Of a stretch of 64,000 nt of DNA, positions 27,501 to 41,400 are shown piece by piece. The notes beneath the pieces are model-generated. The model ran no database searches. It was not told where the DNA came from and was given only the letters and a program-made list of their open reading frames with translations. Location: NCBI GenBank assembly GCA_964035545.1, contig OZ037767.1:16027292-16091291 (forward strand). The letters run 5' to 3'. Position 1 is the first letter of the stretch, and the number at the start of each line of letters is the position of its first letter. The DNA is from Bugula neritina. Lineage: Eukaryota; Animalia; Bryozoa. The translations under genes were made by a program, and so were the position numbers.

Positions 27501-30056
27501 TTTCAGTTGTAATCAGAAATGAATTTCATTTGTCATTAAAATTAACTGGCCATTAAAGCATTATCATTCTGTGTGCAGGTAGCAGTAGTCATGCATTCAT
27601 CACATGTTACTCAGTGCAGAGGAACCTGCATGTCAATACAGGTGACTCACTCATCCTTCTGCAACTGTCAATCACTCAAACAGAAAGGTTGGCTGTGTGA
27701 GTGATTGACAGGTGTCAGGAGGAGGAGACTAGTCACATTATGTACTAACTTTCTGCTGTGTATTATGAAGTGTCATTGTATCCTTAGTTGGTGATTTGTC
27801 ACTTTCATTTCAAGTGTAGAGGTTGTGAGGTTCAGAGGTGGTTATCCTGTGTTACTATTTATTAGATAGAAAAGATTAGAAAGAGAGCTACAAACCTGAG
27901 GCTAGAAATATATGGATATTTGAAGAGCTGCACACAGATAGTGGATAGTTATAGAATAGAGCTGGCCTTGAGTAAGACAATGGGCAGACAGTCTCTGCTG
28001 GACACAGTACAACATGCAGTTGATAAGTTCAATGATGCAGGGATTGTGAGAGACTACAAAGAGATGAATGGGAAGATGGAAAAGGCTACAGATATTGGTG
28101 TAATAGAGAAGTGTGTACTTCCAGACAGCATCTTGGTACCAACATGTAGGTGGAGTCTATAAATAGTAACACTAACTATAAATAACTTTCTGCTTGTAAT
28201 CAGTTAAATTGCTTTCATTGAATATTTTAATAGGAGAATAAAGAGAAGCCTCTGATAATTAGAAAAGTAGATAGGGTTTATTTATGAGAGAATTGAGTTT
28301 TGTTCTACTTTCACATTATGAGACATTTCTGCAGTGTTTCAGAGTTTATGATGTATAAGTGAGCCGCTAAACTGTGTTATGCTGACTACCCGCTGTCAGT
28401 ATTAACAAAATATTCTCACTTAGACCTGTGCATCACACAGCAACTTGTAGTAACTACAGACTGCTTGTATTTAAAATATCTTTTCATTTTAGGTTTGAAA
28501 AGCTGTTCCCGACCTCCTCAGGTGATTAGATTTTCAAGTTATAGTATTGTTGTTTTGTTGTTGCAGACAGTGAAGACAGTGTGGGACTGAAGCTGCTGCA
28601 GCCACCAGCTTCTCTACAGTTTGATGGACTTCCTGTACGTGGAGAGTGTCTCTCAGTAAACATCTCAGCTGATGGACATGTGATGTGTCAGACAGGAGGA
28701 GGTGGGACACTACAAGGTGTAGAAGTAATAAATAGAGACTCTCTGGATACCATCAGCTCGGTGAAGGACACCAACACTACAGAGTGGAGGGAGATAATCC
28801 AACCTGAAGGGGTGATGGTTGGCAGCTGGTATAACAAGAAGGAGAAAACAGCTGAAGTCTCACTTCTTGATCCAAACTCCTTTGAAAAGTCTCGCTCTGT
28901 CTACAAGCAGTCAGCAGATGGACTCTTTCCTTACTATAAAATAGCTCAGCACCTCTCTCTGGTGTATATTGTAGACAGGAGAGAGAAACAGCTGGTAGTC
29001 TGTGATCTAGTTGACAATAAAATACAGAAGTTTCCTCTTCCTGAGATGGAGTCCCCTCGACCTGTATGCATCCTCCCAGACTCAACTCTCCTCATAGGAG
29101 ACTACACTGCACATGGTAAAGTGAGAAGATATAAAGCGGAGAACACAATTCTCACTCTAATGTGGGAGTTTCCTCACACCTCAGAACCAACTGGTATTTC
29201 CTTTGATCCAACATCTGAACTGATTCACATCTGTACACTGAGAGGACCTCTCTTCATCCTCTCACTTGAAGGTAAATACTCTGTTTATTATAGTAAGTTT
29301 AGTTATTTTATATATAATTATGTTAGTGTAGAGGATAGGGACTCCATACTGCGAAATGAGTTGGTGGCTGCAAGGGGTTCAAACCCACCTATCAGAATGT
29401 CTATAGTTAGTATACTATGGAAGTGTTTTACAGTAATTTTAGAGGTGCTCAGTCTAGCAACTTTACAGACTGCCAACTACACATGAGTTATGAGTTTTAG
29501 TTTGACTTCAGTCTAGTGCTGCAATTGTTTTGGTCATCAGATAATTTAAAGATAAATAATTTAATACTTTTTGACCCGCCATCACTGAGACTATTGTAAT
29601 TTGATGATGGCTGGTAGACAGTGTTTGCTGGTGGGACTCAGGTGGCTGTGGTTGGTTCTTGTCAAGTATTTAATATGTGATAATGTTGGAGTAGCTGCAG
29701 TAGTATTAGAAATAGACATGCATGTGGGCGTGTTCTTGCTAAAGACCGCAGGCTAAGTTTGTGGGTCAAGGTCAATACATTAGTATAATGAGACACTATT
29801 TTTTTGCTCTGTTTGAATATTTACTTCATGCATATAACCTGCTTAGTTCCATCTTTAAAGGAAGTCTGTCTGTTTTTCTCAATGTATACCACCTGCTACA
29901 AAAATGTTATTATTTACAGGTCAACTGGTGCTTACAGTTCCCAAAGAAAATCTTGGCGTGCGTTGCCTGGTGTATGACATTGCTGTGTATAACAGAGACA
30001 CAGTGTTTCTAGCATGTGGATTTTATGGTCTAAGGAGATACACAATAAAATACTAA
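24596..30056 (+). CDS. TRIM/RBCC E3 ligase with C-terminal NHL/SMP-30-like beta-propeller, copy A (exons 24596-24777, 25384-25564, 25762-25951, 27226-27431, 27866-28145, 28567-29271, 29920-30056)
   Basis: RING CGYC...LPCLHVYCMRC...CAYC; B-box1 CDVC...ATFCVE...LCQQH; B-box2 CEHH...CSKCHQIFCTRC; helical middle; propeller repeats (IYIVD, PRPVCI, PTGISFDP). All introns GT-AG with consistent phase; AATAAA near 30348. Confidence 0.9.
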
Positions 30057-32208
30057 ACTTATCAGCTACAGTTTACTTATAATCAGCTCAGTGAGGTACT
30101 GAGAGATAAAATGGATATTTGTCATCAGCATAATTATATTCATTACAATTCAATACACACACTAATGATTGTGTCAGGTATATTATACTGTGTGTTTCAT
30201 TTACACTGTAATTATACTTTTGTATATTATTCCATGTTCAACAGAACTTGCACTGCTTATATGCATTATTTTATGTTAATTGTCATGAATTGTAGTTATT
30301 TTTAAGATATTTGACTGTATAAAATATGTGTTGCCATTTTACTATCTAATAAAGTTTATTTGTTAGTGAAAAGATATTTTGTTTTCATGTCTCATTAGCT
30401 TTAGTTCAAGTTGAGTTTGGTTATTAAAAAATAATCTTTACTGGAGCAGTAACTGTAAATGACTAGCCTGTGGGAGAATGCGTTCACTGAATTGACATGC
30501 AGGTGCAAGTAACTCCAACATGACTGAGCAAATTTTTCCAACCATATATAAAATACATTCCACTGCTGTGTATACAACAGCATTGAGTAGCCAATCAAAT
30601 TGTTTCTTGTCATGCACTACGAAAGCTGATAAATAATATATAAGGCAATCAACTAAATATAAACAATTGGTACTCTACACATGAGCTGTCTGTAATGCAG
30701 TCGCTTTGTAAAATGTATTTCATTTGATAAGTTTAGCTAATTGGTTGCAGTTTAATTATGGTGTGTTGCCCATTCACCTGGTAGAAATATACTGTGTACT
30801 GACAGAGGACAACTCCTAAGCATGTATAAAGGCATCCTTTTAGTAAACAAGATATTGCAATGATACCATCTGTCTGGACAGTTGTGTTCTCTTGAAACAG
30901 CTTAGTGCTCTTGTGTAAATTTCAACTTATAGTTCCAAAAAGATGATGGTATCAATTACATGTAAACTCAACTTTTTTAGGTATAGGCATTATAATAGGG
31001 AATTTTACTGATGTGTTTGTAATACTTTTACCTGCAAGGCTGATTACATTATAAATTGTTTGATCTCATCCTGGAGTTGTGTCCCCAAATAGTTTCAGTA
31101 AGCGTACGCTCAAGCTCAAAATTTTTAAAAACCTGTCCCAGGAGCGACATGCTTACATGTGTGCAGGTGTACGTGCATAACTTATATAGAACTCTACATT
31201 TTCAAATGCAAATGCATTATTAGGCTATTAATCAGATACAGGCTTCATCTGGTCATGTAGAGTCCAGCCAATCAGAACTGTGTGAAGTCTGTAGAACTTT
31301 GAAGCTACCCAATTGTCAAAAACAACCAGCCCATTCACTACTATATCAATAACAAAAACCAAGTGTGTTTTGCCAAAACAGATGTGGTTGTGGTCGAATT
31401 CCACCAGGGTCCTTTTTTATACTTGCATTTGTGATTTGCATTTTTTGAGCACATAATTTAAACATTTTGAAAAATTAACTGGTGATTCATAAATTTAAGA
31501 TATGAAATAAAATAACGCATGTAATAAAAGTTGCACAGCTATATCTTAGAAGCATGCATTTTGCATTTGAACTTGCAGAAATTTACATAAGTTAATCTAG
31601 TGGTGAGAATTTTAGAGTTGGGACAAGGTAGTAAATGTACCAAATTTACATGATCTATTGTAATATGATATAATTAATGAAGTATATAAACAAATCTGAG
31701 TTAGAATTAATTTAAAGAGGCACAGGTTAATTTTGTTTTTTAGTATTTGTCATAATTTAAAGCTTTCGTTAAGTATGTTTGATCTATTTCAACCATAATA
31801 ACATGTTTATAGGAGTTCAACATTTTTTGGAATGCCAGTGCGGTCAGCGTGATAAAATCCATGACTATATCTGTTCATTTTATAATATAGGTTTCTCATG
31901 AAATTTTACTCCGACTTGTTTGTTGTTGAGTTACAGTATAACTTTGGGGAGCATTCAGAAAAGCTATAGAGATTTTTTCTGCAACATCATATATTAAAAT
32001 TCTAACGAATAAAGTTAGTTTAGGATAACCTAAAAAAGTGCCATCTTCTAGTACATCAGTGGCTGGAAAATAGGTTTAGTCTTCCCCCACAACAAAGTGT
32101 GTTAGCTACAGCCATTGATGTTAATAAGTCATATTATAGATACTTTGCAATTTAATTTATTGGCTTTCTATCTTATTGATAGTTGAATGTTCCAGAAAAT
32201 GTTATCTA

Positions 32209-34176
32209 CAGCACAAGCAAGCTCACGCCCGGCCAACATTACCGCCAAGTTATTAAAGTCAATGTGGCACTTGTGTCGCTGCGGGAATGACATTCCCAAG
32301 ATGGTGTCCTGCTGAAGCTGACTGACGATGAAGGTCTCACTGATCACCTGATCACAGACTTTACCAGTCAGTTCTATCACTACACGAACCCGTCCGCCAA
32401 CGTGCCGTGTTCCCCTTCATATGGCTCCAGGTTCGCCCTATCTCCGGCATTGAGTGTGTCAAAAAGACACCGGCTCAGAAGATTTGTGGTGCACCCAGTA
32501 TCCAACAGGAAGGTGACAGCTTTGCCGGCAAGTTTACTGAGCAGGAAATAACTGCTTCCATATGGCTGAGGGCTCACTGAGCGGTTCGTCTCCGGACGTG
32601 ACACTTTATGTGCATGAAGTCAGGGATGCACCTGCGCTTTCCGGTTGCGAGGGGGTCGGCGACGTTCAGTGGGCAACCGAGTGACATCTCGGCCTTGCTT
32701 GCATGGCCGAGTGAAAGCATGGTCCTGCTCACTCATGTGTGAGCAGCCAAAGGAAATCTCGGTCTTGCCCCCACTCTTCGTACGCGCCCTTCTTCTTCAA
32801 AGCAGTTTTTGAGTGGCCAAGTGGAGATTTTAGCGAACCTTGCGGTCTGCTAACTCTCCGTGGGACTTGCCACTCTGATGAAAGCGGCCTCATCACTCGA
32901 TTGAGCTTGAGCCTTGGTCGTGGCCTTGGTCTCAGAGGGTTAAACCGAGGCCCACGGTTGGCGAAGTCTACCGTGGGCCATTGTCGTTTAACTGTTTCCT
33001 CCCACCGTGGGGGCAGTTCCTCAAGAGGTGCCCACCACTACCACAACCCCAACACACAGGAGTTCGCCTGCCGACGGCAGTTGTCGGCGACCTAGCTGGT
33101 TGCTCAACTGCTGACTGTCGGCGGAGATGCCTGTTTTTGGCCAGCAGCTCTTGAACCAGGCTCGTCGTTAAGCCTGTCGGCTTGTCGGCTGCCGCCGTGG
33201 CCACGTGGCCAACATAGCGGATGACGGCAATACGCTGTCGTCGGCTTCTACTTGCTGTACAGTTGCCCCAGGCCGGCACGTAATGTCAGCCTGGAAATAC
33301 GCATACCCAGGCCGAAGAGCCCGCTTCATCGTCTTAACTTCGGCTACCACCAAATGCCTTTTTAAGCCCATGTTGTTGATAGACTGGAGGAAGACATCTA
33401 GTGCCAAACTCTGTTGACCTTCTGCAGGCAAGTCGCCATAAGCAACCGTTCTACCACGGTTGCGGAAGGTCTCAAGGAAGTCTTCAGATCTCTCCTAAGC
33501 CCCTGGAGATCTCGAGCAGTGAGCTCAAACCGGGCTTTCAACGCATTGAAGATGTCGCCGACATCCTGACCAATATCATAAGGTTTGGCTGATCCCGTCA
33601 GGCACAACCACAGCTGGATCAGAGCAATTCGGGCAGGCCATCGGCAGATGGCTGCTACATCTCTGAACTGGGTGATAAATTGCTCCACATCTTCTTCTCC
33701 TGAGAAGGTGGGAGCCCGCAAATGATACCTGTCCATAGGCAGCACTGGGCCGCCTATGACATCCTCTATAAATTAATCCCACAGCTGCCACCACCGTTAT
33801 TAATTTGCGCATTCACTTATTACAGGTTATTTAGAGCTAATGCAATGTTGCAAAGTTAAGAGTAAGAAAGAGTTTATATGCATGAAAGATAAACAAGTAC
33901 CTAATTACTACACAAGTAAGAAAAGCATTACATAATTACTGGTAGCAAAACATGACTTATCTAATTCAACGCTACAAGTCAACTGCGCTCATCCAAGCGC
34001 GCTGTCAATCAACTCTAATTAACCAGCCTCCTGTAGGTCATAAGCTGCTGTCCATTGTATGAGAGTTAGTGGGTGCTGTACCAGGCTAGATATTCATCCC
34101 TCTAGAATGCTTGGAATGCTAAAGATACATTTGGAGTTGCCTGTTCGATATATACACAAAAGATAAAACTCCTACA
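32209..34176 (-). mobile_element. Degenerate, 3'-truncated Ty3/Gypsy LTR retrotransposon (5' LTR 33795-34176, tRNA-Leu PBS 33776-33793, frameshifted gag, aspartic protease)
   Basis: LTR begins TGTAGGAG next to ATAT; PBS TGGTGGCAGCTGTGGGAT; gag fragments DRYHLRAPTFSGEEDVEQF and CWGCGSGGHLLRNC homologous to the gag at 47897; protease FLLDTGCTTNL; no RT or integrase. Confidence 0.9.
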
Positions 34177-35804
34177 ATATTAATATAGAACTCAATTCTG
34201 TTTTAACCGCTAGATAAAACAGTAGATGAAACGTACAGGGTGTGTGTTTTGACTAGTTATACTCTAAAATTACAGCGAGTTAAACTTTTCATGAAATTAC
34301 ATGTATCTCCTATAACCTGATAAATCTATTAAACTTGTTTTAAAATATTTGAAAGTTTGCTTATATGTTGGTGACATTTTGAAGGGATAATGAGAAACAG
34401 GGATGGGTTTATAATCTACTAACAGACAAAGTGCAAAATGCTACTAGTGATCTGGTGGTAAGAGTGCTGATGATTATAGCATATAAACATATGCATGTAG
34501 AGGCAAGGTACATTTGGCTACACCAGGAATATCAGCTAACTGTTATTACTTCTAGTTCACAAAAAAACTCCAAGTAATTTGCCTGAGCAGTAAATTATTC
34601 ATTTGATTTGATAGTTACCTGATTGTATTAGTGTGTATGGATAAATGACACTTTATTTAGTTGTATTATTTGAACTAATGAGCCTTTCATACATCTTCTA
34701 CCTGACAATTATTATGTATATTCAATTTTCTTATAATAAAGAGATTTTCAGCGGAGTATTTTAAGACAGTTTATATAACATGAAATACATATCCAAGTTC
34801 ATATCTGCACTAACACTATCAAGAACAAGCATGAGAAATCTAAAGGTTTTGCATAATATTTATTTACATGGTGGGAAAAGAAGTTTACATTTCAGCGCAT
34901 CTGTTTCAGTAACATCTCAAGTAGATATCAGCGTATTGACAGGCAAAGAAATCAAGTTGCTATGTTGACCAATAAACAAACCCCATACATAAGATGATGA
35001 GACAACTCTCAAAAAATGTCATATAATAGTATATGATATAAATAATAATCAATGCAATAATCGAGAAGGTAAAACAATATTTACAACAAGGTACAGCAAT
35101 TGGTAGGATGAAATATAGATTGTGATGTATTATAAAGTGTACTAGCTACAGCCATTAATGTTTATATAACTTCATATTATCGATACTCGGCAATTTAATT
35201 TATTGGGTTTCTATCATATTGATGGTTGAATGTTCCAGAAAATGTTATCTGCAGCAAATATATTACCATACAAGTTGAAGAAAGAATATCTGCAGCAAAA
35301 TCTCATTTCATGATGGAGTTTATTCGTTTATACTCTTTGTTATACTCTTTCACGTTAAACTCAGCTTCAAACCTTTCCCTCCATTCACACACTGAAGGTA
35401 TCCTGTCACATGACTCTATGTTTAGCAGCTCTGTAAACATCTCCGCCCATAATCTCGACTTGCATACTCTGGAGAGGAGAAAACTCCATATAATAATTAC
35501 ATAATTCTCGCTACTCCAAATAGTATAACAGCAATGTTAATACATGTAATGCAGCTGTTGACAGAAAGTATCAATGAAGCTCCTCACCATCAAACTTATT
35601 ATTACAACATAAACTGCTGGTAGAACAATTTCTAATATCAGTGAGAAAACTTGTGCCAGCTACAAGCCTACCTGTGCAAATTGAACTTGGCTGGTTGCCA
35701 AAGCTGGCCATTGTATGTGACAAGCATGTAGTTTTCGAAGAGTAGAGTGTACACCGTGCCCAGTATTCCAAACAGATCCGTCTGAAATATGCATGATACT
35801 GCTG

Positions 35805-35965
35805 GGAATACAGTGTCAGTAATACAGTAATACTAGCTGAGTAATACAGTAATACTAGCTGAGTAATACAGTAATACTAATTGAGTAATACAGTAATACT
35901 AACTGAGTAATACAGTAATACTAGCTAAGTAATACAGTAGTACTATAGCTGAGTAATACGAGACA
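35805..35965. repeat. 22-bp minisatellite in Bub1 intron
   Basis: (gagtaatacagtaatactagct)n. Confidence 0.9.
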
Positions 35966-36129
35966 GTACCTGGTAAGTCCAGGGTCTCTGTGTCTTCATC
36001 TCGATGCACATGAACCCTTCGGTCTCGTTCCTCGAGGAAACTTAGACATGTCAATACCTCTGCCAAAGTCTATCAGCTTTATGCTGGATGAGGAGAACGG
36101 CTTTTCGGGAAATACTTCGGGACTACACG

Positions 36130-37022
36130 GGGTAGAGTATACAGAGTACACAGAGTAGAGTATACAGAGTACTGTATACAGAGTATACAGAGTAGAGTAT
36201 ACAGAGTAGAGTATACAGTATACAGTATACAGAGTATACAGAGTAGAGTATACAGAGTAGAGTATACAGAGTATACAGAGTATACAGAGTATACAGAGTA
36301 TACAGAGTATACAGAGTATACAGAGTATACAGAGTATACAGAGTATACAGAGTATACAGAGTATACAGAGTATACAGAGTATACAGAGTATACAGAGTAT
36401 ACAGAGTATACAGAGTATACAGAGTATACAGAGTATACAGAGTATACAGAGTATACAGAGTATACAGAGTATACAGAGTATACAGAGTATACAGAGTATA
36501 CAGAGTATACAGAGTATACAGAGTATACAGAGTATACAGAGTATACAGAGTATACAGAGTATACAGAGTATACAGAGTAGAGTATACAGAGTATACAGAG
36601 TAGAGTATACAGAGTATACAGAGTAGAGTATACAGAGTAGAGTATACAGAGTATACAGAGTATACAGAGTATACAGAGTATACAGAGTATACAGAGTATA
36701 CAGAGTATAGTATACAGAGTATACAGAGTAGAGTATACAGAGTAGAGTATACAGAGTATACAGAGTATACAGAGTTTACAGAGTAGAGTATACAGAGTAG
36801 AGTATACAGAGTAGAGTATACAGAGTAGAGTATACAGGGTAGAGTATACAGAGTATACAGAGTATACAGAGTATACAGAGTATACAGAGTATACAGAGTA
36901 TACAGAGTATACAGAGTATACAGAGTATACAGAGTAGAGTATACAGAGTGGAGTATACAGAGTAGAGTATACAGAGTAGAGTATACAGAGTAGAGTATAC
37001 AGTGTAGAGTATACAGAGTATA
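36130..37022. repeat. 9/14-bp minisatellite in Bub1 intron
   Basis: (agagtatac)n interspersed with agagtagagtatac. Confidence 0.97.
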
Positions 37023-37569
37023 ACGACACTTACAACCCACAGAAGAGGATGTTGTCTGGCTTGATGTCTCCGTGAATTATCTTACAACGGTGCATGACCT
37101 CTACAGCATGCAGTAGCTCGATGGTGACGTACATGACTAACGACTCCGGGATCTGTAAACAGCAGACGTAGACATGACTGAGCAGTGAGCAGAGTAGAGT
37201 GCAACTCATAAACTGAACAGCCAATGAGAATACAGACACACGCCAAACAACCAATAAGAACGCAACTTACTTTACAAGAGTTGGCCTTCATGCCGTTGAC
37301 GAGGTTGAGAAGAGAGCCGAGGGGCACCAGTTCGTTGACCATTAGGGATCCGTCGGAGAAGAAGACGGAGTGGGTGATGTCCATCAGCTTGCTGCCGATA
37401 TCTCTCTCGATGTCTTCGTCCATGCAGGATACTCGCTGCCGCAACTCCTTGCAGATGTACAGTTCCCACGGGCAGCTCGGCTTCTGTGCCTTCAAACATA
37501 CATCGTCACTCTCGGAGAAAGCTGTAGAGTCAAGAGTGTTGCACATGGATATTTTACCTGCGTAGAGAG

Positions 37570-38173
37570 ACATACTCGTGTAATATAAACATATACTGGT
37601 GTAATATAAACATATGCTGGTAATACAAACATATACTAGTAATATAAAGATATACTAGTAATATAAACCTATACTGGTAATAAAAACATATACTAGTAGG
37701 TAATATAAACATATGTTAGTAATATAAACTTATACTGGTAATATAAACATATACTAGTAATATAAACCTATAGTAGTAGGTAATATAAACATATACTAGT
37801 AATATAAACATATGGTAGTAATATAAACATATACTAGCAATAAAACATATAGTAGTAATATAAACATATGCTGGTAATATAAACATATAGTAGTAATATA
37901 AACATATGCTGGTAATATAAACATATAGTAGTAATATAAACATATACTGGTAATATAAACATATACTAGTAATATAAACATATAGTAGTAATATAAACAT
38001 ATAGTAGTAATATAAACATATACTGGTAATATAAACATATACTAGTAATATAAACATATACTGGTAATATAAACATATACTAGTAATATAAACATATAGT
38101 AGTAATATAAACATATACTAGTAATATAAACATATACTGGTAATATAAACATATACTAGTAATATAAACATAC
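37570..38173. repeat. 19-bp minisatellite in Bub1 intron, abutting the donor site
   Basis: (tagtaatataaacatatac)n; the minus-strand donor gtatgtttatatt is itself a unit. Confidence 0.95.
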
Positions 38174-38307
38174 CCAAGCTGGTGGATCTGTCAGCAGAAG
38201 TGACGATAGCCTTGTAGGCAACGGCGAAACCCCCAACACCTACAAACATCGTGACAAGTAAATATCATATCCTAGTCTAGTCATGTGAATCTTTAGTCTA
38301 CTTGCAT

Positions 38308-38440
38308 AGAGAGAGCACCTGCACACAGAGAGCACCTGCACACAGAGAGCACCTGCACACACAGAGAGCACCTGCACAGAGAGCACCTGCACACAGAGAG
38401 CACTTCCACAGAGAGCACCTGCACAGAAAGACCACCTGCT
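38308..38440. repeat. 15-19-bp minisatellite in Bub1 intron
   Basis: (agagagcacctgcacac)n. Confidence 0.9.
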
Positions 38441-41400
38441 GAAGAACTCACCCAGCTTAGACATCAGCTTTACTGTGAGATTTGACACAGTCACTTGACT
38501 GCCAACTTTCAACTTGGGCATTGGATCTTTCCTGACTTCTACGTTCTCATATGACGTGATGTCAACCTATGATATATTATAGAGTATAGTATTATAGTAT
38601 TAGAGTATATAGTATCATAGTATTTGCTGTTTATTTGCAGAAATGAAGAAATTGAATTCATTTTTCTGTTGAATTTACCATCTGAACATATTTGCTAAAA
38701 AAAACTCCAAGTTGGAAGAAAAATAGAACCATTTGCTTACTTGAAATTTTGAAAACTACATAATATAATACATATATAATATATATATTTTCTTGAGAAA
38801 TTGTTTTCACCTGGTAAGCATTGTTGCTAGCAAGGAATAATTGTATTATTCTGCAAGATCTTTTAATTTGAAATTGCAACCGATTAACAGTTTTGGTTTG
38901 CTGTGGATTATAAGACTTCATGATGGCAGCTCAAATTCAAACAGCTTACATGCACTATTTTATTACTTTTTTTTCTAAAGAAAACTCTTTTTATGAAAAA
39001 ATATAACTTAATACTTAAACAAATTGAAAAAAATTATGTTTTAATGGCTTTTACTAGAATTAAAAATAAAACAATATTTTTTTGGATTAAGGTATTAAAA
39101 TTTGTTCAACTAAAACAAAAGGAAAATTTATGAACTGTATTAAGCATTTGACTGGTTTTGTTGTAGAGTTACAGTAAAATTCTAGAGAGAATTCAGAAAA
39201 GCCACAGAAATTTCTTCCTTAACATCAAATATTAAAATTCTCAAAAATAAAGTTGGTATAGGAGAACCTAAAAAAGGGCCACCTTCTAGTACATCTGTGA
39301 CAAGAAAGTGGGTTTGGTATTCCCCCACAACAAAGTGTATTAGCTACAGGCAAAGTGATGTTTATAATAATATAAGTGTTTTACAAGGAGCATTACTGCA
39401 ACTGGATGTGTTCCTCTCAACTATTACTATGATTGAACAGCCCAGGTCATCTAGAGGTCAAAGGGCAGCCTCAGCTCATAGTGTTCAGACTGTAAGTAGC
39501 ACAACTCACTAAGTGTCCATCTCTGCGCAGAGCTGTGAGCTGAGTTTCTCCGGCACCGAGGTCAGGTGCTGGACAGCCTTAAGTGATGCTATTATGTTAA
39601 CAAAATTCAATCCATATTTTTGTATTTTTATGTGTGAAATTATCATATGAATGATGTAAATGTGTGATAGTTGAATTATAATATACAGAAGTTTAAAGTG
39701 TGCATTTTTTTAAACATCAAACTGCCAAGTTTTATATACCTTCAAGTTGAAATGTTTGTTAAGTTTTCAAGTTATTTTTGATATTTCAATATACCTGAGC
39801 TATTTTCTCAACATTTAAACTTAAAATTATAACACGTGCCAATATAAAAAAACAGCTCACAACGTTTAGTACTGCATGAATGATTTTAATTACAAATTGT
39901 TAAAAGCATCATTATATTCTCTTTGCCTAAATAGTTAGAATTCTCCTACTCTAGCCGCAGTTTAAGTAGTTCAAACACTTTCGCCGCCTACTTTCTTTCA
40001 GGCAAAAAATTTCCATTATTTCAGCCTCAGCTTTCAATAATATATAATCAGTGAAATTTTCAGCTAAACAAATTAGTCTAGTTAAACTTGCAAGTCAAAA
40101 AAGAAGGTTTAGAATTTATTCTGTACCATAATAATTACGTAACAAGATCCACTTTTAAAAGACTCACACCCTTGAAAAGCTGTATATAATTAATGACCAA
40201 TCTGAGAGGATTAAAATTGAGAAACTCAGATAGCCAAAAGTCAAAGGCTGTAGTAAAAGAATTACATAATAGAGTAGCTGTCATCAGCTGGTAATTACAG
40301 TCCAGTTGTGGGTAATTATTGTATTTGCATGTGAGCTGTATATCCAATGAAATGAGTCTAACTTATACTAGATTTGATCCAGTAAATTTGTTTTTAAAGT
40401 TTAAGTCGCTTCTAACATCAAAGAATAATGCACCAACTATTCTTAATTATAGAAAATGAATTCATGCAAGACTTTATTCTCTCAACCATCATTTCTAGCT
40501 TTGATTTGTCAGGTTTAAATTTAGGAAATGTAATTGTACAAGTTTTACATCTATTTTCAAACTTCCAAGTTTTATTTGAGAGAAAATATGGTTACAAAAT
40601 ACTATTATTAAAAATATGGTATACACACCATAAAATAAACATTGTATATTAGTTGAACTGCTCAAAGCATACTTCAATTCAAAAACAATTTGTTTTTCAA
40701 TAATATAACACATACTATATACATATAAAGCATGGATTTTATGACCATCATTTTAGTCTTCTTGCATATTGTGACTTCATATATAACTATGAAACTTGAG
40801 CTGTTATAAACGTTTTTGTTTGCTGCAAAAAGCATAAAATAAATCAAGTAATTTTCATGTTAATTATTTGCACTGCTTTACTTCCTTTCTACCTTTCTTT
40901 AAGTAGAAATGGCAGCACCTTTAATAAATAGGATGTTTTATTTTACTCTAAATAGTTACTTTACTAATGCAGTCGGAGGCAAAATTAGCCAACCAGAGTT
41001 ATTATAAAAGTTACTAAAATATTTTTTGACTTTTTCAGCTTGAATCTCGAACTTTTTCTCTAAAATTAGAAAAAAAAACACAAAATGCTTGGATAAGAAT
41101 ATTTGTATCCAAAGGTTCTTCATCACCACTTGGAGTTTGGTTTTATAAAATATTATAAGTAGTTGGCCTAAGTTTATATATTAACCAATCACATGCATCC
41201 TATACTGCATTTGATCAACCTGGTTACTTCTGAGGTATAGGGCTCTTCCCAGGAGGTAGGGTTCTTCCAAGAGTAGTTGACCTAGTTTTACGTTGACCAA
41301 TCAAATTCAAACACATTCGATTGCGACTATAAATACAGCAGTGTGTTCTATTGAGGTTCAGTCTACAACTTATCTGTGTAATACATCTGAATCTGAACTC

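Larger units (their letters stand above)
17700..30920 (+). repeat. Segmental duplication copy A (modular repeat region + RTE fragment + TRIM gene)
   Basis: Colinear with ~38790-60525: ttcacctggtaagcattgttgctagcaag at ~17712 and ~38805; gtgctcttgtgt at ~30905 and ~60508. Confidence 0.93.
35303..38566 (-). pseudogene. BUB1: Bub1 kinase-domain fragment, 5'-truncated and frameshifted (exons 38566-38452, 38239-38174, 37557-37271, 37152-37034, 36122-35970, 35781-35672, 35468-35303)
   Basis: LGVGGFAVAY, LKAQKPSCPWELYI, IIHGDIKPDNIL, KLIDFGRGIDM, ETEGFMCIEM...PWTYQTDLFG are Bub1 kinase motifs. A frameshift between FPRGT and ETEGF (~36026) gives an in-frame TGA; no TPR/GLEBS exons seen upstream. Confidence 0.88.

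Noticed and set aside
36079-38114. Long YSV/LYT and MFILL repeat ORFs
   Set aside because: Translations of intronic minisatellites in the Bub1 fragment.
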